DNA of 64,000 nt from an uncultured Phycisphaerales bacterium (GTDB taxonomy: Bacteria > Planctomycetota > Phycisphaerae > Tepidisphaerales > Tepidisphaeraceae), in contig CAVWLP010000002.1 in the NCBI GenBank assembly GCA_963755915.1, positions 1,312,001 to 1,376,000 on the forward strand, read 5' to 3'. This document shows positions 10,085-20,381 of the stretch, piece after piece. The notes under the pieces were generated by a model. That model was not told where the DNA came from, searched no databases, and saw only the letters and a list, made by a program, of their open reading frames with translations. The number at the start of each line of letters is the position of its first letter. The stretch's first letter is position 1. A program made the translations under genes and the position numbers.

Positions 10085-11392
10085 ATGAAGAGATTTCTGG
10101 CGGGCATTTTCGCGGTGTTTGTGTGCACGGGGATTTGCGCGGGGCAGGATGCCTCGACACAGTCGGACCAAGCGCCGCCGGCCGAATCAATTTCCAGATT
10201 GATTTCCCAGCTCAGCGATCCGGCGTTTGCGGTTCGGGAGGAGGCGGAAAAGGCGCTGACGGCCATGGGTCCCGGGATCGAGGGCCAGCTTCGGGACGCC
10301 GAGCGGCAAAATCTGCCCGATGAGACGCGGGCAAGGCTCGAGGAAATCATCGGGCGATTCGAGGAGGCGACTTCGCTGCACGCCACGATCACGATGCATT
10401 ACAAGAATGCGCCGGTGTCGCAGGTGGTCGAGGATTTTGCCAATCAGGCGGGGTCGCGAATGGGGATCGATGATCCAATGGTCGTGAAGTTCATGAGTAA
10501 AGGGACGACCAGTATCGACATTGACGATGCGGATTTCTGGAAAGCGCTGCGGCAGGTTTGCAGGATGACGCACCTGGGGGCTGCGGTAGGGGCGAGCGGG
10601 GTCGAGCTGACGGCCTTTGGGCGAGGTGGAATGCAAATCGATATTTTTAACCGTCACACGGTCGATACGGGAGGGCTATTGATCGTGCCGCAGGGGCTGC
10701 AGGAATTGAAGCGGATCGATTGGTCGTCGGACAAAACATCCAGGATGATGCCGCTCACGATGATGGTTTTTGCCGAGCCGAAGATGCATGTGATCGGGAT
10801 GGTCGACCAGAACTGGATGAAGGAATGCGTGGACGACAAGGGGAACTCGCTGATGACGACTCAGGCGCAGCGGCGATTTTTTCCTGGGTTCATGCTGCAG
10901 AGGGGATTTCAGCAGTGGGGGTGGAATTTGGGGGGGATGCTGAACATGACCGCGGACATGGGCAGCGAGATCGCCCGGCTGCGGGGGGAGCTGAGGTTTT
11001 CGGCCCAGACGAAGGGGGCGACGCTGGAGATCGACGACATCTTGAGCCAGCAGCCGGCCTCGACACGCGACGGAACGGGATTGATCACGCTTTTGAACTG
11101 CACGAAGATCGGGATTAATTACCGGCTAACGGTGCGTTTTGAGGGGGTTACGATGAACTCGCCCGAATTTTTAGACTTCGCGAACTCGGCGAAGTTGGTG
11201 GACGATGCGGGGGGCAGCGCGATGCGGCAGAACTATCTTCCGCCCCGGCCGTTTCCGCGTGGGTTTGACGTGGACATTGTCTTTCAGCCGTCGGATATCA
11301 CGCCAACGAAATTGAAGTGGGAGAGGGTTTTGGAGCAGCAGAAGTTTGTCGTTCCGTTTGAGATGGATAAGTTGCCGTTGCCGGGATGGTAG
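10085..11392 (+). CDS. Secreted hypothetical protein, tandem paralog of upstream gene
   Basis: Signal peptide; LSDPAFAVREEAEKAL; ITMHYKNAPV; CVDDKGNSL; VPFEMDKLPLP. Confidence 0.75.
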   Translation: MKRFLAGIFAVFVCTGICAGQDASTQSDQAPPAESISRLISQLSDPAFAVREEAEKALTAMGPGIEGQLRDAERQNLPDETRARLEEIIGRFEEATSLHATITMHYKNAPVSQVVEDFANQAGSRMGIDDPMVVKFMSKGTTSIDIDDADFWKALRQVCRMTHLGAAVGASGVELTAFGRGGMQIDIFNRHTVDTGGLLIVPQGLQELKRIDWSSDKTSRMMPLTMMVFAEPKMHVIGMVDQNWMKECVDDKGNSLMTTQAQRRFFPGFMLQRGFQQWGWNLGGMLNMTADMGSEIARLRGELRFSAQTKGATLEIDDILSQQPASTRDGTGLITLLNCTKIGINYRLTVRFEGVTMNSPEFLDFANSAKLVDDAGGSAMRQNYLPPRPFPRGFDVDIVFQPSDITPTKLKWERVLEQQKFVVPFEMDKLPLPGW

Positions 11393-11394
11393 GT

Positions 11395-12753
11395 TCAGGG
11401 ATTTGGAGCAAGCTGGCGCAGGGCGGCGGCAACGGCGTCGATAACGGGGGCCCACTGTGAAAGAGCGGGTTGGCGGAAAAGGCGCATGGTCGGGTACCAG
11501 GGGGAATCAGAGCGATCGAGGAGCCAGCGCCAGTCGGGGACATAGGCAAGCAGAAGCCACGTGGGTTTGCCCAGGGCGCCGGCGAGGTGGGCGATGGAAG
11601 TGTCCACCGCGATTACCAGGTCGAGGTTTTGGATGAGGGCGGCCGTTTCGTCGAAATCTGTCAGTTGGCTGGTATGGTCGATGAGTGTCAGAGTCTCGGG
11701 AGGATTGGAAGCGCGATTTTTCTGAAGTGAGTAGAAATCGACGGCGGGGATTTGGGCGAGTGGGGCAAGTAAGGCGAGGTCGAGCGAGCGGAGGCGGTCG
11801 TTGGGGTGGTTGGGATTGCCGGCCCAGGTGAGGCCGACGCGCCTGCGACTGGTGCGCGGGCCGAGGGTGTGTGCCCATTTTTCCACAAGGATAGGGTCGG
11901 CGGTCAGGTAGGGGATGCCGGCGGGGATTGTTGTCAGGCCGGTGCGGAAGAGGAGAGGGAGATCAAGCAGTGAGCAGTTGCTGTTGAAGGGCGGGTTGGG
12001 GCTGCCGACGGTGGCGACGGTGGTTTGAGGGAAGGATCGCTGCAAGAGGCGTGCGAGTTCGGGGGCGCTGCCGAGGATAATGCCCGCGGCACGAGGCGCG
12101 AGATGCGGAACATAACGGACGAACTGGATCGCGTCCCCCATTCCCTGCTCGGGATACAAGAGGATGGTTTTGTCGCGCGGGTCGTCGCCGGTCCAGGCGG
12201 GCTGGGGGATAACCGGCAGCGGGGGATTCAGGACGCGTTTTTTTCGCCAGAGATATTCGCGCATGCCGCGAGGAAAATCGCCGCGGGTGAGCAGGACCAG
12301 CGAAAGGTTCCAGTGGGCGTCGATGAAATCGGGTTTGAGCTGGATCGCTTTTTCGAAACATTTCTCGGCCGCGTCGAGCTGGAGGAGCTCTTTGTAAGAG
12401 ATGCCGAGGTTGTTGTGGGCGTCTGGGATGTTGGGATTCAGTTGGATGGTGCGCTGGAAGTGGGGGATCGATTCGGTGGGAGGTGCGCCGCCGAGGCGCA
12501 GGGCGAAACCGAGGTTGTGGTGGATCTGGGCGGAATTGGGTTGAAGGTGCAGGGCCTGGCGGAGGGCGGTGACGGATTCTGTGGTTTTACCAAGGCGGCC
12601 GAGGACGATGCCGAGGAGGTGGAGGGCATCCGGGTGATTCGGGTTTTGCGACAGAATCTGGCGACAGAGGGACTCGGCTTCGGCGAATTTGCCGGATTGG
12701 GTGAGGGAGGAGGCGGATTGGAGGAGATTTTGGGGATTGGGAGGAGGAGTCAT
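11395..12753 (-). CDS. TPR-containing glycosyltransferase (GT9-like C-terminus)
   Basis: TPR repeats, then EQGMGDAIQFVRY, VGLTWAGNP, LDLVIAVDTSIAHLAGALGKP, WRW..DSPWYPTMRLFRQ. Confidence 0.9.
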   Translation of the reverse strand: MTPPPNPQNLLQSASSLTQSGKFAEAESLCRQILSQNPNHPDALHLLGIVLGRLGKTTESVTALRQALHLQPNSAQIHHNLGFALRLGGAPPTESIPHFQRTIQLNPNIPDAHNNLGISYKELLQLDAAEKCFEKAIQLKPDFIDAHWNLSLVLLTRGDFPRGMREYLWRKKRVLNPPLPVIPQPAWTGDDPRDKTILLYPEQGMGDAIQFVRYVPHLAPRAAGIILGSAPELARLLQRSFPQTTVATVGSPNPPFNSNCSLLDLPLLFRTGLTTIPAGIPYLTADPILVEKWAHTLGPRTSRRRVGLTWAGNPNHPNDRLRSLDLALLAPLAQIPAVDFYSLQKNRASNPPETLTLIDHTSQLTDFDETAALIQNLDLVIAVDTSIAHLAGALGKPTWLLLAYVPDWRWLLDRSDSPWYPTMRLFRQPALSQWAPVIDAVAAALRQLAPNP

Positions 12754-13772
12754 TATAAAACTTTTACGCGTTTTCCGGTTTGGGAGGATTCGATGGCGGC
12801 GAACACCATGGCCAGACTTTTGATGTTGTCGTGACATTCGCCCTGGGGAGTTGCGCCGGTCTGCAGGGCGTGGAGGAATTCGCGCAGGGAACCGGCGATT
12901 CCCTGCGGGATTGAGTTGTCGGCGGGGAGGGTGAATTGTTCGGTGGGGTGGACGAAGCCCTCGCTTTTTACGACGCGCTGGGCGATGGGGTCGTGATCGC
13001 CGTCCCAGGTGGCGGCGCCGTGGGGGCCGAAGGCGCGCCAATGGGAATTCCAACTGGTGTTCAGGCCCTGCGCGCACCAGCTTCCCGTGTAGGTAAATTG
13101 AAGGTTGCCGGTCATTTCGAAAACGGCCGTGGCGCTGGAGGCGCCGCTATACCAGCTCCAGGCGGGGTTGAATTCGTGGCAGTAGACGGACACGGGGTCC
13201 TGGCCGGAGATCTGGCGGGCGTTGTCGAAAGTGTGGATGGCCATGTCGAGGATGAGGGGGCTCGGCATCTGTTCGCGGAACCCGCCGAAGTGGGGTGCGA
13301 GGAAAAAATCGCTGGTGAGGATTCCAAGATCGCCGGCGTATTTTCGGATCCCTGCGCGGAATGCGAGCAAGCGCGGGTCGTAGCGGCGGGATTGGCTGAC
13401 CATAAAGAGCTTGCCGGTTTTCTCGCTAGCGCGGACCATTTCACGGGCGTCGGACATGGAGACGGACATCGGTTTCTCGCCGAGCACGGGAACGCCCGTG
13501 GCGAGGGATTGGAGGGTCACCTCCCGATGGGCCTGGGGGATGGTGACGTCAACCACGAAATCCGGGCGGGATTCCTCGAGTGCTTTTCCCAGGTCGTCGT
13601 ACGGTTTCACGGCGGCGAGCTGAAGACTTTCCCTCGCTTCGGCGGCAGCGCCGGCGCGGATGTCCATCCAGGCAGAGAGCTCGACATCGGGGCAATCGCG
13701 GAGATTCTTCGCCCAGGCTTTACCCATTGCACCGGCGCCGACGAGTAGTGCTTTGAACGTCGGCATGGTCAA
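12753..13772 (-). CDS. Gfo/Idh/MocA family oxidoreductase
   Basis: LVGAGAMG, PVLGEKPM, LILDMAIHTFD. Confidence 0.92.
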   Translation of the reverse strand: MTMPTFKALLVGAGAMGKAWAKNLRDCPDVELSAWMDIRAGAAAEARESLQLAAVKPYDDLGKALEESRPDFVVDVTIPQAHREVTLQSLATGVPVLGEKPMSVSMSDAREMVRASEKTGKLFMVSQSRRYDPRLLAFRAGIRKYAGDLGILTSDFFLAPHFGGFREQMPSPLILDMAIHTFDNARQISGQDPVSVYCHEFNPAWSWYSGASSATAVFEMTGNLQFTYTGSWCAQGLNTSWNSHWRAFGPHGAATWDGDHDPIAQRVVKSEGFVHPTEQFTLPADNSIPQGIAGSLREFLHALQTGATPQGECHDNIKSLAMVFAAIESSQTGKRVKVL

Positions 13773-15181
13773 GGCCTCGTCGCCGGGACGCTTACCGGCT
13801 GGGTGGCAAGGGCGCGAATGGCTTGTTCGGACGGACGCGTCGTCGAGCGCAGCGAATCGTAGGTCAATTCCCCGGCGGTTCTGAGCAGATTGAAGTACGC
13901 GGTCTTCTGCGTGAATTGCTCGGTGGTGAGGGCGAGCTGCGCGGAGAGAAGGGTCGCCTGGGCCTGAAGCACGTCGAGATAGGTTCCATTGCCGTTTTTG
14001 TAGGTCATCTGCGCGAAATAAAACTCGCTGCGGGCCGCGACAACCTGGGTTTCCAGCTCATCCAGCTCGGCGCGGGCGAGGCCGAGATTGATATACGCGG
14101 TTTGCACGTTCTGGTCGATCTGGCGCTTGAGCTGGGACTCGGTGAGGCAGGCAGAGCGATATTGCGACCAGGCGGTGCGAACATTAGCGTTGATCAGGCC
14201 GCCAGTGTAGATCGGGACGTTGAGGTCGAGCAGCGTGCTCCACATGGTGAAGGGTTGGAAGGGGGTTTCGTAGAGGGTCCAGCCGGTGTTCAGGCCGAAG
14301 GTGGGATAGTATTGGCCGAAGGCGACCTCGACGTTAAATCGAGCCGCGCGAACCGCGGCGTGCGCCGCCTGGAGGTCCTGCCGATTGGCCTCCGCCTGCT
14401 CGACCCAATACCCTTCGTAGGTGACCGATTGCGGGGCCTGGAAATCATCCCGCAGCGGATTTTCACGGATCGGGGCGTCGACCAGATACGCGAGCATGGC
14501 GCGGCCGGTCAGCACATCCGCCTGCGACTGAAGGAGCGTCACACGCGTCTGCGACGCCTGCGAAAAGGCCTGGTCGACGTCGAGCTTGGCGGCCGAGCCG
14601 ACCTTGAATTCCTCCTCCAGGGTCTGGACGTTTTTGTCCTGGGCTTGCAGGGAGTTCGCCAGGACTTCGACGGATTGCTCGCTGGTGAGGATGGCGTAGT
14701 ACGTTTGCACCACGTCGAGAAGAACGGTTTGCTTCAGATCGAAGACAAGCTGCTTCTGCTGCTCGATGGTCTGGTCGGCGGATTTGACGGAGTAGTAATC
14801 GCGAAAGCCGTTGAAGAGGTTCCACTCGCCGGGGGCGCTGGCGGTGAAGTCTTGCGAGTGTGCGGGGAGGACCCCGCCGTTGCTGGCGTAATTCCACCCG
14901 GCGGAGAGGGAAAGATTGGGCAGGAAATTGGCGAAGGCTCTGTCCTTGGCGATGAGGGCCTGGAGATAGTTTTCGCCCTGGAGGGAAAGCTGCTCTTCGT
15001 TCTGGACGGCAAGTTTAACGGCTTCGGTGAGGGTGATGACTTTGTCAGGGGCAATGCGAACGCCGGCGGGCTGGTTGTTGTCGATGAGAGAGCGGTAGGC
15101 GGCGATTTCCTGCTTCTGGTCGGTTGCGCATTGAGCGAGAGCGAGAAGCAGGACCAGTGCCGCGAGGCGCATTTTATTCAT
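13769..15181 (-). CDS. TolC family outer-membrane efflux lipoprotein
   Basis: LALAQC lipobox-like signal; two OEP repeats (FANFLPNLSL; YKNGNGTYLDVLQAQ). Confidence 0.88.
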   Translation of the reverse strand: MNKMRLAALVLLLALAQCATDQKQEIAAYRSLIDNNQPAGVRIAPDKVITLTEAVKLAVQNEEQLSLQGENYLQALIAKDRAFANFLPNLSLSAGWNYASNGGVLPAHSQDFTASAPGEWNLFNGFRDYYSVKSADQTIEQQKQLVFDLKQTVLLDVVQTYYAILTSEQSVEVLANSLQAQDKNVQTLEEEFKVGSAAKLDVDQAFSQASQTRVTLLQSQADVLTGRAMLAYLVDAPIRENPLRDDFQAPQSVTYEGYWVEQAEANRQDLQAAHAAVRAARFNVEVAFGQYYPTFGLNTGWTLYETPFQPFTMWSTLLDLNVPIYTGGLINANVRTAWSQYRSACLTESQLKRQIDQNVQTAYINLGLARAELDELETQVVAARSEFYFAQMTYKNGNGTYLDVLQAQATLLSAQLALTTEQFTQKTAYFNLLRTAGELTYDSLRSTTRPSEQAIRALATQPVSVPATRP

Positions 15182-16382
15182 AACGGAGCGCCTCGATGGG
15201 GTCGAGCTTGGAAGCCCTGAAAGCGGGATAGGAGCCGAAGAAAACTCCGACGATGCCGGAGAAGACCAGCGCCAGGACAATGGAATAGATTCGCACCACG
15301 GTTGCGAAGGGGGTGTAGTCGCCGACGAGCTTGGCGACCCCCACGCCCAGGCCCATGCCGGTGATTCCACCGACGCCGCTCATCAGCATGGCTTCGATGA
15401 GGAACTGGCTGAGGATGTCGAACTCGCGGGCGCCCAGGGCTTTTCGGATGCCGATCTCGCGGGTGCGCTCGGTAACGGTGACCAGCATGATGTTCATGAT
15501 CCCGATTCCACCCACGAGCAGCGAGATTCCCCCCACGGTGCCGAGCAGGAAAGTGAACATGGTTGCCGTGTCGGTGAAGGCCTGGACGAACTCGGCCTGG
15601 TTCTGGATGAGCACATCATCGGGGGCGTGGGGCTGGATTTTGTGGCGCTGCCGCATGACGGAATAGATGTCACTCTGAACGGCGTCGAGATCGGAGTCGG
15701 GCTCAGCCTGGATATCGACTTCGCGGAGATAGTCGACGCCCATGAGGACGTGCATGGCGACGGTATAGGGGACGATAACCTGATCGTCGGGGTTGAACCA
15801 TCCCTGGTCGCCCTTGGCCTTGAGGACGCCGAGGACCGTGAAATTGATGCCGTTGATTTTGATGGTTTGGCCGATGGGGTCGGAGAAGCCGAAGAGGTTC
15901 GTCGCAGTGACGGGCCCCAGAACGGCCACGCGGTTCCAGTGCTCGACATCGAAATCGGTGAAGACTCTTCCCGAGTCGATCTCGAAATCGCGGATGGGCA
16001 GGTAGGTGGGCGAACAGCCAGTGATCTGCGTGAGGGTATTCTGGTTCAGATATTTCACCTGGAACTGCCGGCCGACGACGGGGGCGATGGCCTTGATGTT
16101 GTCGACTTTCTCAAGCACGGCGCGGGCGTCTTCATCGGTGAGATTGAGCTGGGTTCCGGAGATGACGCCGGCGCTGCCTTTGGGGGAAGGGCGGATGATG
16201 AGCAGGTTGGTGCCCATGGAGCTGATGCGATCCAGGACCTGCTGCTTGGCCCCGGTTCCAATGGCCAGCATGGCGATGACCGCGCCCACGCCGATGATGA
16301 TCCCCAGCATGGCCAGGACGGAGCGCAGTTTGTTCGCCATGAGGCTTTTGATGGCGACTTTGATGATCATCCAGAAGAGCAT
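15174..16382 (-). CDS. MacB-like ABC permease
   Basis: ANKLRSVLAMLGIIIGV, GGIGIMNIMLVTVTERTREIGIRKALGA, DPIEALRYE. Confidence 0.95.
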   Translation of the reverse strand: MLFWMIIKVAIKSLMANKLRSVLAMLGIIIGVGAVIAMLAIGTGAKQQVLDRISSMGTNLLIIRPSPKGSAGVISGTQLNLTDEDARAVLEKVDNIKAIAPVVGRQFQVKYLNQNTLTQITGCSPTYLPIRDFEIDSGRVFTDFDVEHWNRVAVLGPVTATNLFGFSDPIGQTIKINGINFTVLGVLKAKGDQGWFNPDDQVIVPYTVAMHVLMGVDYLREVDIQAEPDSDLDAVQSDIYSVMRQRHKIQPHAPDDVLIQNQAEFVQAFTDTATMFTFLLGTVGGISLLVGGIGIMNIMLVTVTERTREIGIRKALGAREFDILSQFLIEAMLMSGVGGITGMGLGVGVAKLVGDYTPFATVVRIYSIVLALVFSGIVGVFFGSYPAFRASKLDPIEALRYE

Positions 16383-16390
16383 GGGAATTC

Positions 16391-16468
16391 AATGCCGAAT
16401 GCCGATTGCCAAATGCCGAATGGAAGAGTGCCTTTTCATTCGGCATTTGGCAATCGGCATTCGGCATT
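16391..16468. repeat. Perfect 32-bp inverted repeat built from heptamers
   Basis: aatgccgaatgccgattgccaaatgccgaatg (16391-16422) and its exact reverse complement (16437-16468). Confidence 0.92.
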
Positions 16469-16491
16469 CGATGATTTCCATGGGGGGTTCC

Positions 16492-17211
16492 TCACACCGG
16501 CTCCGTTGTGGCTTCCGCCATATCGTTGTGTTGTTCCGCCGGGTCTTCGCGCGGCGGCTGGGCGATTTTGCCGTCGTGCAGATAGATTTCGCGCTGGCAG
16601 TAGCCCGCGACGTGGGCGTCGTGGGTGACGACCAATATCGTGCGGCCCTGGGTGTTCAGCTCTTTGAAGAGCCCGAGGATTTCTTCACCGGTCCGGCTGT
16701 CGAGGGCGCCGGTCGGTTCGTCCGCGAGGAGGATGGCGGGGTTGGTCACCAGCGCGCGGGCGATGGCGACGCGCTGGCGCTGCCCGCCGGAAAGCTGGTT
16801 CGGCTCGTGATGGGATCGGTCGGATAGGCCGACGATGGCCAGGGCTTCTTTCGCCTTGTGGGCGGCGTCGCGCCGGCCGGCGTAGTGCAGCGGCAGCTCC
16901 ACGTTTTCCAACGCCGACATGCGCGGCAAAAGATTGAAGTTCTGAAAGATGAAACCGATCCGCCGGTTGCGGATTTCCGCCAGGGCATTCTTCCCCAGGC
17001 CCGATACGTCTTCCCCGGCCAGAAAATAGCGGCCGGAGTCGGGCCGGTCGAGGCACCCCATGATGTTCATCAGCGTCGATTTCCCGCTGCCGGAGGGGCC
17101 GCGGATGGCCACCATTTCCCCTTCAACAATGGTCAGGCTCACGTCGTCCAGGGCGTGCACTTCCTGCCCGCCGAGCACGTAGGTTTTAAACAGTCGCTCG
17201 GCGCGGATCAT
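16492..17211 (-). CDS. MacB/LolD-like ABC ATPase
   Basis: Walker A GPSGSGKS, LSGGQRQR, ILLADEPTG. Confidence 0.95.
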   Translation of the reverse strand: MIRAERLFKTYVLGGQEVHALDDVSLTIVEGEMVAIRGPSGSGKSTLMNIMGCLDRPDSGRYFLAGEDVSGLGKNALAEIRNRRIGFIFQNFNLLPRMSALENVELPLHYAGRRDAAHKAKEALAIVGLSDRSHHEPNQLSGGQRQRVAIARALVTNPAILLADEPTGALDSRTGEEILGLFKELNTQGRTILVVTHDAHVAGYCQREIYLHDGKIAQPPREDPAEQHNDMAEATTEPV

Positions 17212-18550
17212 CAGCGCCTCCCCGGCATTCCTGCGGCGGGGATTCGCCTGACGATCGCCGCCGCGGACCAGACGCTGGTGGAATCGTTCTTGTGCACCAG
17301 GACCTGCTCCCCCTCGGAAAGTCCCGAGAGAATTTCCTCGTCGTTGCCGTCGTTGATGCCCACGCGCACCTGCCGCTGCTCGGTCGAGCCGTCCGGCTTG
17401 ACGACCGTCACATAAAACCCCCCCAGCTTGCGCCGATGGCCAGCACGGGAACCGTGAGAACGTCTTTGCGGCTCGCTTCGATGATATCGACGTTGGCGGT
17501 CATCTCCGGCTTGAGAAGCTGCTTGTTGGGGCTGGTGACTTCGATTTTCACTTCGAAGGTGACCACGTTGCTGGTGTTCACGCCCGTCGTTGCGATGCGG
17601 ACGACCTTGCCGGCGAAATGTTTGCCCGGATAAGCATCGGCGGTGATGTCGACGTCCTGATCCTTCGTGACGCCGCCGATGTCGCTTTCATCCACGCTGG
17701 CCATGACGAAAATGTGGGAGAGGTCGGAGACGGTTAAGACGCTGGTTCCTCCGCCCACATTGCTGATCGCGGATGAGATGATGGTTCCCATCTGGATTTC
17801 CAGGTCGGAGACGACGCCGTCGAGGGGCGAGGTGACGGTGCAGTATTCAAGTTGCTGCTGAGAGTTTTCGAGGGCGATGGTATCGAGCTGCACCTGCTCC
17901 TTTGCCAGCTCCACGTCCTCTTTTTTCGTCTCCAGGGCAACCTCCTGGCTCTTGAGCTCTTCCTTGGCGATCTTGGCGTTCTGGAGATCGTCCTCCGCCT
18001 GGGCGGCGTCGGTTTCGTCCGATTCGAATTCTTCCTCGGACGCCAGGTTCTGGGCCAGGAGCTGCTTCTGCCGGTCGGCTTTTTTCTCCAGGTTCTGGGC
18101 CTTGGTGATGGCGGAGACGATATTGGCATCCGCCTGCTCGGTCGCGGTCCGGAGGTCCTGCTCGGCAATCCGCTCGTTTTCAACCGCTTCCTTCAGCTTC
18201 GAGTTGGATTGCTGGAGAGTCACCTTGGCCTGGTCGAGGACGACCTCTTCGTCCTTGGTGTCAAGCTGCACCAGCAGATCCCCCTTTTTGACGTTGTCGC
18301 TGATGTCGTAGGGGAGCTGGATGACTTCACCGTAGGCGCGGCACTTGATGGCGACGTCGAGGTTGGAAGCGACCGGGCCAGTCGCGGAGACGATCTGGGA
18401 AAGGTCTTTGCGGATCGAAGGGGTGACGAAGGCGTCGTCGGGGAGGGTGGTGGCGGCCGCCCTGGCGGCGCGGCTATGGACAAAGAGCCCAACCCCCGCC
18501 GCGGAGGCGACGACCGCAACGCATAGGACTAAAACGACAGCCCGTTTCAT
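17211..18550 (-). CDS. Efflux periplasmic adaptor (MacA-like), frameshift at C run ~17418-17424
   Basis: VKKGDLLVQLD, TVTSPLDGVV, coiled hairpin; C-terminus (RQVRVGIND..EILSGL) in ORF 17211..17411. Confidence 0.9.
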
Positions 18551-18598
18551 ATTGGGAGGCTCGTGCTTACCTGCCTATTGAATCACTACTCTACTGAC

Positions 18599-19168
18599 TT
18601 AGCGGGCGGTCACACCGTGCAGCAGAAAATTTGCCATGTGGTCGATCAATTCACCGCGGTCTTCGACCTTGGGCCCGTAGAGCATAATCGCTCGCATCAT
18701 GGCCATCAGATAAATTCCCACGCGCTCCGGACGGGCGTCGCGGAATTCACCGGCGGCGATTCCATCGCGAATCACCTGCTCGATCAGGGCGGCACACTCG
18801 CGCCGCTTGGCGTCCCAGTTTGTGTCCGGGTCGGGAATGGCGACCGTCCGGAGCACCTCAAAAAACTGCGGATGCTCCACGGCATGGTCGACCATGCGGG
18901 TCACCACCAATCGCAGTTTAGTCGCATGGTTCGGCGCCGGGGTGTTCACCTGGGCCTGAACTTTCTCGACCAGCTCGATGAACCCGTCGAAGACCAGGCT
19001 GTAGTACAGCTCTTCCTTATTTTTGAAATAGATGTATACGGTTCCTTTCCCGACTCCAGCCGCGTCTGCAACATCATCCAGCCGCACTTTGTGAAAAGGT
19101 TGCTCGGAGAAGAGCCGTGTGGCTGTCTGAACGATCAGCCTTCGCTTGTTTTCGTCTCGTAGTCTCAT
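18599..19168 (-). CDS. TetR/AcrR family regulator
   Basis: VADAAGVGKGTVYIYFKNKEEL HTH; first gene of the efflux operon. Confidence 0.95.
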   Translation of the reverse strand: MRLRDENKRRLIVQTATRLFSEQPFHKVRLDDVADAAGVGKGTVYIYFKNKEELYYSLVFDGFIELVEKVQAQVNTPAPNHATKLRLVVTRMVDHAVEHPQFFEVLRTVAIPDPDTNWDAKRRECAALIEQVIRDGIAAGEFRDARPERVGIYLMAMMRAIMLYGPKVEDRGELIDHMANFLLHGVTAR

Positions 19169-19289
19169 AGATTCCCGGATAGAAAGTTGCGAGGGTCAGC
19201 CAAATTGACCCGTAGTCGCTTAATATTAGAGAATTCTTAGGGGAGTGCAAACACAATCAAAACGGTGCGGCTCAGATTCTTCTAGCAAA

Positions 19290-20356
19290 TCAGGGAGCAT
19301 TAAAATTAAAAAGATTGCCGCTTTGAAGGAATGTTGCTTGTAAATTATTGTTGGCAATAGATTTGCCGCTGGCATCGGCGAAGTTGCAAAAGCCCCCATT
19401 CGGCCGGTCGGGACCGTCAGGGCCGGCAGACACAAGAATGTAAGGACCGGCATATTTGATCGTTTGTCCGGCTGGGATTGCGTCTTGAAATTGTCCACCA
19501 GACTCGGCATCGCCAAGCATCCACTGGATTGCAAGCTCGGGGTGAAACGCAGTCGCGGCGGCGGTTGGGTCGGGCCAGGGCTGCGCGTAATCGGTTGCTT
19601 TGGTGACTGGATTCGGATCATTCCATCCGGCATCGGATGCGCTGGTGCTGAAGAAGACCGTGCCGTCGCGCCAATCGTAAAAACAATTCTGACCAGATTC
19701 ACTATCGACGGATTTAGGTTGGCAATATCCGAACAAAGGACCGGTTGCGATTGGTTGGGACTTCGAGAATTGCCCGGCAAGGGTGGAGTCTGGCAAGCGG
19801 TTGCTGACCGGCCCATAGCGCGGGAAATATTGAATCACCTGCCCCCAGCGATCGAGGATCACCGGCCGGCCAGCCGCGGGGAGCTGCGCGCCTCCGCCCC
19901 CCGCGGGGATCGCCGAGGAGATGAAGACGCATTTGAAATTTACAGGCGAAACGTACGGCCCCCACACTTTTCCGCCCGGCGTCGTGCAGAACCCCGGGCC
20001 GTCGTGCCCGTCCCCAAACTCCTGAAAGTCGGCGTCGCCGCCGCGGGCATTGGTTGTCGTCGCCGGGCCGGGGCCGATGAGTGCGGTGGCAAGTGATGGA
20101 TAGAACGGCGCAGGCTGGACGCCGCCGTGGGTATTCCAGGTGGTTAGCGCGGGGTTTCGCGGGTAGTCGCCAAAATCGGCTTTATAGGCCTCCAGCCCCG
20201 CCGCGATGGATTGAAAATCGGCGCGCTGCTCGTCAATCTGCGAGGTGCGGTGGCGCAGCCGGTAAATACGATCGTGAGGAACAGGCTGAGGAAGAGGATA
20301 GGCAGGGCGATGAGAAGGTCGGTGCGGGTGAAGGCGCGGCGAAGGGGTAAGGGCAT
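19290..20356 (-). CDS. Prepilin/GspG-like protein, paralog of 20382..21883, frameshifted
   Basis: RRAFTRTDLLIAL leader; other frame gives EQRADFQSIAAGLEAYKADFGDYPRN; C-terminus ILDRWGQVIQY..PYILVSAGPDG. Confidence 0.7.
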
Positions 20357-20381
20357 TGCGCGGTCGGGATGGGAAGATCGT

